Assembly (NCBI RefSeq): GCF_009834535.1
Contig: NC_045697.1
Span: 115,012,001 to 115,076,000, forward strand
Length of the DNA: 64,000 nucleotides
From: Camelus ferus
Taxonomy: Eukaryota
Reading direction: 5' to 3'
The notes under the pieces were generated by a model. That model did no database searches and had not been told where the DNA came from. It saw nothing but the letters and a program-made list of their open reading frames with translations. Each line of letters begins with the position of its first letter. Position 1 is the first letter of the stretch. The position numbers and the translations under genes were made by a program. This document shows positions 52,316 through 64,000 of this stretch, in pieces.

Positions 52316-53032
52316 GTAGATCTGTGTAAGGTACAGAGCAGTCATTGGCAGGGCCGAGGGCTGTGTCCTGAGTTGCATGATCCATACAAGAAAGTCCTTA
52401 AGTAAACCATTTCCAAACCATTTGCAGAATCCCATGAAGTATATCCTCCTGAGACATCGTTCAAAACTAAAATCATACTTCCTTTCTCAGTCAAGCACTC
52501 TGAAACTTCACAACCAGAAACAGTCCCAAGAAAAACATGCTGATGGAAATTTAAGAGTTTTATTTAGGCTTGCTTCCTTGGGACATGCTAGGGTCTGGTT
52601 TTAGTTACCCACCTCGTAAGTGTGAGGGAAGATAATTATTAAATTTTTTGTAGGAAGGAGAGTCAAAAGTTTTCAATCCATGGAGAAACAGCTTCTAAAG
52701 ACAGAGGAAGTTCATTGAAAGCTTCTTTGGGCATTAAGTTCTGAGAAACGTATACATCCCTGCAAATAATCTTTTCCCAATGATCAGGGACTTGGTCTTC
52801 CCCAAACAATTTTTGAATGTTTGCACAAGCAAGAAGAGAAGTTATGAATTCAGACATTCAGAATCTGTAGGATTAAACTTGTAATTGTTTTCAATATTCA
52901 TACATGAATCTACATGAATCAGATGGAGTCAGGACCATCAGAGAATATTTGAGAGTTTCAAGTTATACACGCAGAAGCGTCCTATACATGTTGTATTCAG
53001 GCGAAAGATTTTGTGATAAAGATGCCATTGTC

Positions 53033-53463
53033 ATTTGCAGCAACATGGATGGACCTAGAGATCGTCATTCTAAGTGAAGTAAGCCAGAAAGGGAAAGAAA
53101 AATACCATATGTTATCACTCATATCTGGAATCTTAAAAAAAAAAAAGGACACTATGAACTGATCTACAAAATAGAAACAGACTCACAGACATAGTAAACA
53201 ATCTTATGGTTACCAGGGAAAAGGGGCGGGAAGGGATAAATTTAGGAGTTTGAGATTTACAAATGTTAGCCACTATATATAAAAATAGATTTAAAAAAAG
53301 TTCCTTCTGCATAGCATGGGGAACTATGTTCAATATCTTGTAATAACCTTTAATGAAAAAGAATATGAAAATGGATATATGTATGTATATGCATGACTGG
53401 GACACTGTGCTGTGCATCAGAAATTGACACAATGTAATCGACTGTACTTCAGTTTAAAAAAAA
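53033..53463 (+). mobile_element. Young 5'-truncated L1
   Basis: atttgcagcaacatggatggacctagag... 3'UTR and A-tail. TSD aaagatgccattgtc (53018-53032) / aaagatgccactgtc (53464-53478). Confidence 0.95.
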
Positions 53464-55281
53464 AAAGATGCCACTGTCCTAGGACAGACATAGAATGCAC
53501 AGTAGAGTCAGAGTTCACGGGCACTGGCCCCACTCGCACCCTCTGTTGTCCCGGGGCTTAGACACCCTTTGGCTTTTCTTTTCTCCCCTTCTCTTTGGGA
53601 GCTGGCTCCTCACGTCCCTTACAGCCTGACGACGTCAACAGGGCACAGTCCACATCAATTCCCAGCTCCAGTCACTCCAGATCTCATTGGCTTCTTTGTC
53701 ATTCATTCTAAATCTCAAGAGAATCTGACCCGCTACCAATTACCTAATCACGGGTCGAGTGGACTAATTTGGTCTGGTTATTTAGAACCCACGCTTGAAT
53801 TCGTGCAGATCTAAGTATTTGAATTTGTCACTCTCTTGTGTTAAATTATGACAGATTACCAGCCATGGAAGTGGTTCTCTGGGTCATAGTATTTTATTTT
53901 AATTTTTTACCTGCTTTGCCAAAAGTCTGGTTCTCTGTTTCACGTGTCTGCACATGCTAATATCATTATGTCTCATCCTGAAATATAAATACTTCCTTCC
54001 TCTTCTTAATTTTGTAGCTAATTCCAAATAGTTTTTTTTTCTTTCCTGAGTGTTCATTCTAAGTAGCCATTTTTCTAAGTTGCCATTCTAAGTAGCAATT
54101 TTTTAATCAGCTAGTATTTTTGGTTAAAAACTCAAAACAAACCTGATAATTGGTTGGCAGATGGGAAATTTATCATGAGCGTATTAGGAGCTTATATAAA
54201 TGAGAGGATAACAGGATGTTAATCGAGGCAGAATAGAGTTCTGAGGTCCTTCTCGAGCTTTCCTTTAGGAATAGTCTTTGCAGCATCAGTAGACCAGCTC
54301 TACTGGGTTGAGTGACTATTAACTACTTCTGGTCTTGAGCCATTTGTTTGAGATTCCAAGTCTGAGGAGAGGTCACTGGACTGGCAGAGATTAGAATACA
54401 CCCCTAAGCCCTGGCTGAGGCACAGTAATCAGTGAACAGCTAGTACCAGACAGCTTCCAAGAAACTCTTAAGTACCCACAGAGAAACAGTGGGCATTGTG
54501 CTGTAATGGCTCACAAAAATAAACACAATGGGATAGCTTCTTCTTTTTTTTTTTCAATAAAAAAGAAGTCAGAGTGCTGGTAGGAAGGACAAATGAGGAA
54601 GGAGGGAAAGCAAAACACCAAAGTAATTCATAAAAATGTTAAGAGAGGGTAATAAGGGTGTTATGACTACCTTGAAAATAATCCAAAATACTGACTCCAA
54701 GAATTTGTATAATCAAAGGATGAGTGTAGGTGCTTAGGAGTCAAAAGAGTTGATTTTTCCCTAGTACTGTTTTCAAATATAACTTATTTAAAGTATGTAT
54801 TTGTCCCCAGCTTTCCCTATTTTATTCAGCTCTATATAGAAAATTATTCTTTTAATTCCATTTATATCATACCACTTCATGGCCAAGATTACTTTTACGG
54901 TCGTCTGCAAGTCAGACAATTTTATACACAGGGACCCAGATACAGGAACAACATAATTTCAGAACGTTTTTGAGTTATCTTCATGGTTCACTAATTAAAC
55001 TTTGGGGGTTCTGTGGTTCTTATTTTAAGAAATCCTTTCTAACAGATGACCCGTGAGTAGATTTCAAATCCAAGCTACGTTTTCAGTAATGTCATTAACA
55101 TTTCTGGAATTTTCCACTCCAGAATCATTTATCATAATTGTTATTTGTTAAGATGATACCTGGTGGTGCCAAAAGATTTTATTTTTCAGTATTATTTTTA
55201 TGATTTAAAAAATAATACCTAATTATTAGAGAACATTTAGACATCATGACTTTTTAAATAAGATTAGATTTATTATTTAAA

Positions 55282-55753
55282 GAACTAATGATAAATGCTG
55301 GAGAGGCTGTGGAGAAAAGGCAACCCTCCTGCACTGTTGGTGGGAACGTAGTCTGGTGGAGCCACTGTGGAGGACAATATGGAGATTCCTCAAAAGACTA
55401 AAAACAGACTTACCATATGATCCAGCAATCCCACTCCTGGGCATATATCCAGAGGGAACCTTAATTCAAAAAGACACACGCACTCCAATGTTCATAGCAG
55501 CATTGTTTACAATAGCCAAGACATGGAAACAACCTAAATGTCCATGAACAGATGACTAGATAAAGAAATTGTGGTATATTTATACAATGGAATACTACTC
55601 AGCCATAAAAAAGAATAAAATGATACCATTTGTAGTAACATGGGTGGACCTGGAGATTGTCATTCTAAGTGGCGAAAGCCAGAAAGAGAAAGAAAAACAC
55701 TGTATGATATCACTCATATGTGGAATTTAAAAAAATGTAAAAGACTTGAACTT
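55282..55753 (+). mobile_element. L1 ORF2 C-terminal fragment lacking most of the 3'UTR
   Basis: ORF 55356 [31 protein letters not shown]...TWKQPKCP; homology stops just after the ORF2 stop. Confidence 0.95.
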
Positions 55754-55754
55754 C

Positions 55755-55852
55755 CTGTATATTTCCTATATATCTACATCTATGTAAATATCGTATATAT
55801 ATATACACACACACACATACACACACACACACACATATACACCACACATATA
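55755..55852. repeat. Compound (TA)n/(CA)n microsatellite
   Basis: Directly visible. Confidence 0.9.
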
Positions 55853-55899
55853 GGCAATAAGAAAATATAAAACTAAATTGTATTGAATATTCGAAGAGA

Positions 55900-57400
55900 A
55901 TTATGAGAGCATTTGCAAGAACAAATTTTGAAATATGCGTGTGTGTGGATTGAGGAGAAGGTCAGATAAACCTTTGCTTAAACATGAAAACTGTAATCTG
56001 GCTGAAAGGAGGGAGAGGATGTTTCCTAGCAGGATAAGGATACATGAGCAAAGGCCTCAGGTGGTGAAATAAAATTGTGTGTAGAAAAATAAAATCAGTG
56101 AAATGTGGTTGAATATAAAAGAGGCAAGAGACTGGATGGCGAGTGGGCCAGAGTGAGAGGGCAGGGGGTTATCTGGTGAAGGAGCTGATGCTTTGATTCT
56201 CATTTGATGGAAGGTTACTGAAGCTTTTTAAATGAATAGTGACTTAATCTGAAAGTCTTTTAAATAAATTGCCTAGAGGACATTGGAGGATGAATTTCAC
56301 TGCGTCAACTTACAATCAGAGAGAGTAATTTTTAAGTTAGCATAAGGACACTTAAGTGATGAGTGCCTGAAATGTGGTCATGGAAGGTAACAGAGATGAG
56401 AGTAGGAAGCAGAATCACAAATCAATAAGGCATAAAAGCCAAAGGACCATGATTCACCAGGAAGCGGGAGATGGAGGGGTTAAGATCTGCTCGCTGGCTG
56501 GAAGGTCAGATCCCTGACACAGATGACACGCACAGGACAATGGATTAAAATGCTATTTAACATTGACCATGTTGAGTTGTCTTTCCTGTGACAGAGCCAG
56601 GGAAGTCTTTCCAGTAAATATTTTTATGAAATCTGAAATTATAGGGAGATGCAAGGGAAGATGCTGTGAATTTGCAGGAGAAAGCGGGCACCACTATCGA
56701 GTTAATGAGACTAGCTAAAGTGGAAATGACAGCAAGTCTTCCTGCACATGCTCATATAAAATGATTTCCTTCCTCTAAAATAGCACTTAGCACAGCTCCG
56801 GATTTTTAGGAGGCTATTTAGGTGCCTGGTTTACATACTCCTGTTGGCATTCTGACAGGAGGGGATTTAGTATCATGTTTACCATTCTAACTTCAGTGCC
56901 TAGCATAGCTCTAGAATGTCTGAATAGCTTAATATTTTTAAATAAATCAATGAATAAAGAAATGGATGAAAGTATAATCTTGAGGCAAGTGCAAATTTAA
57001 AGGAGATAGAGAGACATGGAAAAATGACTGTGAAAGCATGAATGAGAAACTGAAACGAATCAGGAAAGCGCAGTATCAAGAAAGGTGACTGAAGAGAGGC
57101 TTTAAAGAGGTAAGTAATGGACTCTGTAGCTCACGTGGAACAGAATCGAGCCTCAGTAAGTCAGGGCTAAAATCAATCGGCTTTGGCGATAGGGTCTTGG
57201 CGGAGAGCAGCTAAAATTATTTCCGTGGAGTCAAGAAGGCAACAGCAGAATGCAGTGGGTTGGGGTGGAAAGAAAAGGGAAGAGGAGAAAATTAAGACAG
57301 AGATGGCGGTCCACCCTTTTAAGAACATGAGTGACGAAGTACAGGAGCTGCAGGACTGTCATGCAGAGAGGAAGGATCAAATCATATTGTCGTATCGCGA
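55900..57400 (-). mobile_element. Long degenerate L2, with a sense L2 3' end at ~56740-56960
   Basis: atgagcaaaggcctcag, gatggaaggttactgaagc, cattgaccatgttgagttg, ggctttggcga...atttccgtggagt; the sense tail reads cagtgcctagcatag...aatgaataaa. Confidence 0.6.
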
Positions 57401-57825
57401 TTGCAACTTTGAATCCGGAAAATTTGCACATGCTTTTAAATTAAGGGGAAGATACGAGTAAAGAAAAAAAGAGACTAAAAATGTAAGAGGATAAAGATAA
57501 AAAGGAACGACTAGGGAGGCCAAGTCCCTGTTGGAAGGAAATACCCTTAGTCGTGAAACTAAGGGGAGTGTGGAAGAGAAGAACTCTGCAGGTCCTTAGG
57601 AAGAGATGTGGGAGGAGCAGAAGTGGAAAGAAATCACACCTGGTAATTCTCATGATATTTATTGGCCAGGATTGGATTTCTCGTCCTTGGGTTTCAGATT
57701 CACGTTGTCTCAGAATCAAACTAAATAAACTCAGATACTTGGGGGCTGGGCCAGAATTAAAAAATTAGACAACACAGATTTTTTTCCCCACAGGTGGGGC
57801 ACTGGTGCAGGTTGTATTTTTTTTT

Positions 57826-58327
57826 AGGATGGCCACAACATAGTCTTCTATCCCCAGTGGCCTTGTTAACGTTTGGTGTTTATACTCCTCCATTGAGGAT
57901 TGGGGTCTAGGTTTCCTGGGTGAAAATGTGTCTACTCTTGAATTAAGTCCTGAGGTTATGCCGTCAGAAGTGACACAGGTGCCCCATGGTTTTCCTGGGG
58001 CTCCATCCTTGGAACCCAGCAACCGCCATGCTTAGAGAGAACCCAGGCCATTCAAAGAGGTGATGGCAGGTGTCTCACCTCATAGTTCCACCTGAGTTCC
58101 CACCCAACAGCCAGCTCCAATTCATGATCCACATGAACGAGCCACTTCGGAAGTAGGTTCCCCAGCCCCTGTCAAGTTCCCCAGCTGTTACTGCATGAGG
58201 CAGAGATAAACCTTTCCCAGTGGGCACTGCCTGCATTGCGGGTACATGAGCTAAACAAAATGGCGCTGGTTGCTTGAGCTTCTACAATGTCCATTGATGT
58301 GTTATGCATCAATATTTGCTTAGAACA
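57826..58327 (+). mobile_element. MaLR solo LTR (MLT1G/H-like)
   Basis: cagaagtgac...ttggaacccagcaaccgccatgc...caacagccagc...gcagagataaacctttccca...gttatgcatcaata..tagaaca. Confidence 0.75.
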
Positions 58328-60149
58328 ACGGCATTAGATAAATTCTTTTAGACAACTGTATGCAAGGCAGAGCCAAAAGGCTCAAAGTAGAAGCAGAAGC
58401 CTGACCATCCTTCTGTTAAGAAATACTTAATTTATATTTTCTGACCTATGACAGATTAGCTAAAGGACATTTCTTTTAAAGAGCTGTGTACTTACAAGTT
58501 ATTGATTTTTCTAATAGTTTCCCTTGAAAATTGTCCCTCCTGAAATACTTTAGCAAACATAAACCACTTTCCCTAAATGGCTAAGTTGAGTGAGCATCGT
58601 TAAGACATGGACTTAAGAAATAATCAAACGTTGTTATCTTTCTTCTCTGGTATTTATTCTTCTATGTAGACCACTTGGCAGATATCCCTTGAGACATAGC
58701 AATTAAATCATTTGAGCACTTTGTAACGAATAAAATAGTTCTTAAAAATATTTTGTTGCAATTTAGAATACACCTGCAAGAATTGTCTTCTTTGACACCA
58801 TCCTGGCTACGTGACAATGATGATTATAGGATTCTTAGTGATCAAAAGTGTCTGTGAAAGTTGCTTAGCATCACAGTGAATGTACAGTTTCTCTTAGATG
58901 CCACCGTATTATTGAACTGGAAAACATATCTCCCTATAAAAGGCTAAAGAAAAAAAGAAATCATTTCTATAAAGGAATTCATGGTCAAAAAATAAAATAA
59001 CAATAATGAGTAGGTGAGACCATCACTAGTAATAATAACTTTGTGACCTTTGGAAATTTTGCTCCCTGACAATTTTTCTCTTGTTAATGCTACTTATGAT
59101 TCATAAACTATGTTGCACAGAAAAAAATGATGAGAATATGTTTCAAGGGTTAATATAAGTGCAAAAATGCATTATCTGTGATGTCAATGTTAATAATGAG
59201 ACTCAGAAATGAAAGATAATATTAGTGTGGTGATTCAAGCTTTTATATTAAATGAGAGCTGAGAAATGTTTACACTAAAACGAAAGGATGACTTTCTTTT
59301 CATGTGTATGCAAAGGGATGTGAAAACAAAATATTATAAAGGTTTTTTTTTTTAAAAGCTTATAGCTATTAGACTTGAGAGAATAACTACAGTCTAATGA
59401 GATAATTTTATTTCTAAGAAGAAAGATAAGGAACAGGCAGAAGATATGATAATGATTTAACTTGCTCACTGATCAGCAGATGGAGTTATTAGTGAGGGAT
59501 GAGAGAGAAATGACAGGAAACAGTGGGGTTAATAACCTGGGAAAATAGCAGAGCATCAGAACTGAAAAGGAAGACGTGTCTATTCAACATCTGTTACTCA
59601 GACATTAGTAAGGCCAGTACTGTGGGTGTTTCGAAATCAAAGCAGTTTCATTTGAACACCTAAAAATGGAGAAGAAATCCATGCAGAAAAACAGGAAGAC
59701 CTGCACTGATTGGAAATACCAGAATTGACAGATTAGCTGCTAGATTTTTAAACAAACTTGCATCGAGTAGTTTTAACACATTCTAAGAAGGTTTTACGAG
59801 CCACTTTAAATAGAAAGTACAAATTTGAAATGTGATCTTTTATTCTGATTTTCTTTAGTTAATGGTTAATTTGTGTAGTGGAATATCAAGAGACACTATT
59901 TTTACATCAGACATAGAAAGAACTTCAGAGATTGCATATGGTATAGGATAGAAAAAGTAAGAGAAGCATTTTACTGTGTAGTATAGTATAAAAGCAGTAT
60001 GCATCCAAATAATTAAAGTTAGGGGAGAGTTAACTTATTAGAGCAAGATATTAAAACAATAAAATAACTTTATTTTATTTTTTACCTATAAATTTTTTTT
60101 CTAAGATATATTGAAATTACCACTGAGCTATGCCCCCCACCCCCACTTT

Positions 60150-60430
60150 GTTCAGAACAGTGACATCACATAGAATCAACCCTCTTGTCTGTGCAAGGAG
60201 CTATCAGGGGAATCAGAAATTAGGCAACCAGGTCCCACCAATTGTTCTTCCAAAATCTCTCTCGAATTCTTCCCCTTTTCTTCACATCCCTGCTACCACC
60301 CTGGCCCATTCAGTATTATTTCCCCGTGTGGAAGGCTGCAGTAGGCTTCTAACTGAGATGTCTACTTCATCTCTTCTGCCTTCTAATCTGCCTTCTACAC
60401 AGCAGCCAGTAATCTTGACAAAATAACTAT
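60150..60430 (+). mobile_element. L2 fragment
   Basis: catccctgctaccaccctggccca...gcttctaactg...ctacacagcagccagtaatctt. Confidence 0.7.
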
Positions 60431-62833
60431 TTTAAATGAGACCAAATTAGTCTATTAATTTGATGAATAGCCAATAAACATGTGAGAACATGTCAGTTAT
60501 TTTAATATTTATTCAAGAGTTACTAAAATGTTCCTAAGAGAGATCTCTGGAACAAATTTCACATGATTAGAATACTTCATTTAAACAGAAAACAATAGCA
60601 ATTGCCTCAAACTGTGAGATTCAAACAGGGGTTTGTTTTACTTAGACTTCTCCATATTTTCAGTATATCTTAACAGTGAATTAGGGGTACACATTGAGAG
60701 ACATGTAATCAACCAATCAATGCAGAAATGAGAAATGAGACTGACAACTGGTGCATTTCACAAAATGATGATTGAGAACACAGGGAAAAACAGAAGTTTA
60801 ATACAGTTGTAGGATTGCATTCAGATTATTGGTGAGGAGTCTGGCAGAATGAGAAAGCTGCTGATTCTTACAAATATTCTTGCAATTATTCTTACGATTA
60901 GTCTTGCAAGTGTTGTGATTGAATAGTTGCGAGGTATCAAACTTTTGGTTTTGCAGTCTCCCATGACACCTATCAACCAAAATCTCCACAAGGGGGGTTG
61001 AGATAAGAAGAAAACAAAAGACAGAGCCCTCAGTGATTAGCGCTGTAAGTGCAGTGCATTTTCTGAAGCATATTTACCTCCTCACATCATGTGGTGCCAA
61101 GTCACAAAAAAACAAATCAATGTTTGCATGATATTGTCATTGATCTAAAATGCTTGACTTTGCAACATTCTCTTTACCTTATTAAGATCTGCTGAGACTA
61201 TGTTTTCCAAGTTATGATCAGATGCTTTTCTTTCAAAACAGACCATGTTTTAGAACAGAAACATGCTGTACCTTAATAACAAAGGTTCACAACCTGTATT
61301 ACACTATGTAATTTGAGGGGAAAAAATCGATTGTCCTTTTCCAAGGTCAGTATTCCTGCAGTATTTATTTCCCGATCTCTAAGAGTGACAAGCTTGCAGA
61401 TGACTTTACAGCTGACTTACAGTTTTTTTCCTAAAACATTATTATCTTAAGGTTTCAAGCCAAACAAATGCAACACATATCAAAGGATCTTAGAATCAGA
61501 AGATCTCAATATCATTACATATATATATCAAAAGAAATCAATGATTTTAGGAAACTGATATGATTGTGTACACTATCATGATATTACATCCTTTGATGTA
61601 TAAAACTCTGGTTACCTAAAGAGAAAAATAACTGTTTTGTGGAAAAAAAATCATTAAATATATAGTCTCTGAAATGTTCAGAGAGTTTTTTAACTTTAGG
61701 TTAATTTAGATGTTCATCTGATTTCGTAAAGAGATGGCAAGGTTAGTAGAAAGATGGGAGAGATATTTTTCACTTTATCCTATTTTATATTTTAGATACA
61801 CTGACTACAGAATGTTTGCATGATACAAGAAATTAAGTAAACAATTTGAAAATAGGTAACAGTAGCCACAAAGCATTGCCAGTGTCCGATGCAAAGCTGT
61901 TTGCCTGCCTCTCTAGGTCACACGGTAATCAAGTGAAGAAAAGTCAAAAAGTATTTGCGCTTAAACAAGCCCTGATAGGTGGTTCTCAAAACATAATGTA
62001 TGAAGAAGTGGGAGGGAGTAATTATGTTCTGATGAAGGTACCAGGCAGTAATTCACTATTACAATCACTGAAGTAATTACATTAATTTTTAGAAACTGTC
62101 CCAAACTTATGAAAACAGTGAATATGTAGCCATCATCTAAAAAAAAATACATAAATAAATTTCTTTTAAAAAATCAATAATAATACACAGAGATAAGGAT
62201 ACTCTATCTGAACTTTGCTAATTTCAACGGGGAAGGTTATTCACATAGTAGAAAAAACTGCCAAATAAATCATTGGGGTTTTGCTTTTAAATAGCATAAG
62301 AGTTGTTTGAAAATGCAAGCAAAATTCAGTCAGATGTGCACTAATTCAGAATTAGAGAAATCAGTGACTCTACAGTCATCAAATCAAAGAGTCAAGAATT
62401 AAGATCACATTTTGGCTACACAAGTAGCCCTGAGCAATTAAAGAACTGATCGTGTTTGGCTTCATTTTAGTTTATTCTGATCTGTCTTCTAGTTCTACTG
62501 ACTTAAAAGCAGTAGCATTTTTCCAGCTTCATTGCTCTTTTGCAAATTAATCTACCACTGCCCGAAACTGTAAACAAATTCTTTGGAACAGACTTCTTGT
62601 TGTTTAGAGTTAAATGATGACCCACATTCACGTGTACATTTGTATCTTCAGTTAATACCACTCAAGTTTATTTTTTGTTTGTTTTTGCTTAAGTAAAAGC
62701 TACTTATTTCAACAACATTTCCATTAATTAATATTAATAATATAAGCTCTCTTCCTCATGGCTCATCTGTGCTCAAAGTTATTTTTAAAACAATTCCTAT
62801 TGATTTGGAAGCCCTTATAAAAATCTAGCCAAG

Positions 62834-63549
62834 AATCAACAGATATATGGATAAAGAAGATGTGGTGTACATATATATACGTGAAATACTACTCAACCAT
62901 AAAAAAGAATGAAGTCATGTGTAACTGAAAAATTGTGCTCTACACTGGAATTTGATACAACATTGTAAAATGACTATAACTCAATAAAAAATGTTTAAAA
63001 AAGTAAAAGATAAAAAAAAAGATTCATTGGGCACTAGGAAGAGAAAGTACCAGGTCTTCTGGTGTCTAATTATACAGTTTCAATAAAATGTTATTTTCCC
63101 ATGAAAAAAAAAAAAGAATGTAGTAATGCTATCTGCAGCAACATGGATGGACAAGGAGATTATAAATGAAGTAAGTCAGACAGAAAAAGATAAATGTAAT
63201 ATGATATGACTTACATGTGGAATCTAAAAAAAAAGATGTAAGTGAACTTATTTAGAAAACAGAAACAGACTCAAGACATAGAAAACAAAGTATGGTTACC
63301 AACAGGGAAAGGAATTGGGAGGAGGGATAAATTAAGAGTTTGGGATTAGCAGATACAAACTACTATATGCAGAATAGATAAACAACAAGGTCCTACTGTA
63401 TAGCACAGGGAACTATATTCAATATCTTATAATAACCTACAACAGAAAATAATCTGAAAAATAATATATGTATATATATAATTGAATCACTGTGCTGTAC
63501 ATCAGGAACTAATGCAACATTGTAAATCAACTATACTTCAATTAAAAAA
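62834..63549 (+). mobile_element. 5'-truncated L1 (host) containing a nested L1 insertion
   Basis: ggataaagaagatgtgg...ctactcaaccataaaaaagaatg | ...gcagcaacatggatgg...3'UTR. TSD aaaaatctagccaag (62819-62833) / aaaaatctaactaag (63550-63564). Confidence 0.95.
62916..63109 (+). mobile_element. Nested younger L1 3' end with 3'-transduced sequence
   Basis: ~80 nt L1 terminus, A-rich tail, 83 nt non-L1 sequence with AATAAA, then a second poly(A). TSD aaaaaagaatgaagt / aaaaaagaatgtagt. Confidence 0.85.
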
Positions 63550-64000
63550 AAAAATCTAACTAAGTTTCAAAAGAAGTTGTATCCAGGAGGATGAAGCAAA
63601 GCCACAACGTGTGTGTTTTATACTTTATGTTGTGTAGAAACGCTGAGTCAAATGCAATCATTTTGAAAGCCATGAGTGATTTTCTTTTCATTTCTGATTC
63701 TCTGTCTCCATATACAAGTGAACTAAACATTGATAATTCTTTCATTAACTAAATGTATGTTAGACCTTTTGAGGTTAATTACATACTAGATTAAATACTA
63801 GAGAATCTCTGTATCTTACACAAACATGGACAATTATCTGATTGGAGAATATTTCCATTTTCTGTTACACAGGAAATGCTCCCTTTTAGGGGAAACTGGA
63901 ACACTGAAGGGAGGTGGTGTTGGCTAACTGCCCATCCTCCCAGAAGATAAGACTCTGGTTAAGTAATTTCACTTGGAGAGCAGACCTTCCTTATGGAGAA

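Noticed and set aside
54100..54480. Possible MLT1-type LTR relic
   Set aside because: Too degenerate to support by eye.
61917..62037. Exon-like segment (cctctctag|...AAG|gtacca) with an open frame SHGNQVKKSQKVFALKQ...
   Set aside because: Weak donor and no recognisable protein match; cannot be distinguished from chance.
309..63745. The many 60-150 aa ORFs in the supplied track
   Set aside because: Apart from L1 and RPS14 relics they have low-complexity or random composition, often non-ATG starts, overlap repeats and resemble no protein I recognise.
1..64000. CRISPR-like arrays, tRNA/rRNA/snRNA genes or prokaryote-type systems
   Set aside because: No regularly spaced repeat-spacer array or structured RNA gene seen; the recurring similar sequences are dispersed L1 3' ends in a mammalian genome.

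Overview
AT-rich, CpG-poor, repeat-dense eutherian mammal DNA, most likely intergenic or deep intronic. I could not recognise any intact protein-coding exon, RNA gene or CRISPR-type structure. The many young 5'-truncated L1 3' ends resemble camelid-type L1s, and I saw no Alu, B1/B2, Bov-A/BovB, PRE1 or CanSINE copies, so a camelid origin is plausible but inferred. Main content: (1) a decayed processed RPS14 pseudogene (6459-6833, minus). (2) An ~11 kb cluster of two co-oriented ancient class III (ERVL-type) proviruses: an LTR40/HERVL40-like element retaining RNase H, integrase and a gamma-type env TM remnant, and an LTR16A/ERV3-16A3-like provirus carrying three nested insertions. (3) An old ~4.7 kb L1 (5'UTR-ORF1-ORF2 endonuclease) with nested inserts. 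(4) Many L1 3' fragments with visible target-site duplications, including one twin-priming inversion (34460-34766) and one 3' transduction nested in another L1 (62916-63109). (5) L2, MIR, MLT1 and MER DNA-transposon relics. Repeat family names come from remembered consensus sequences and need RepeatMasker/Dfam confirmation; boundaries of old elements are approximate. I found no evidence for a new biological system. The most interesting signals are retrotransposition fossils and a few candidate regulatory patches.
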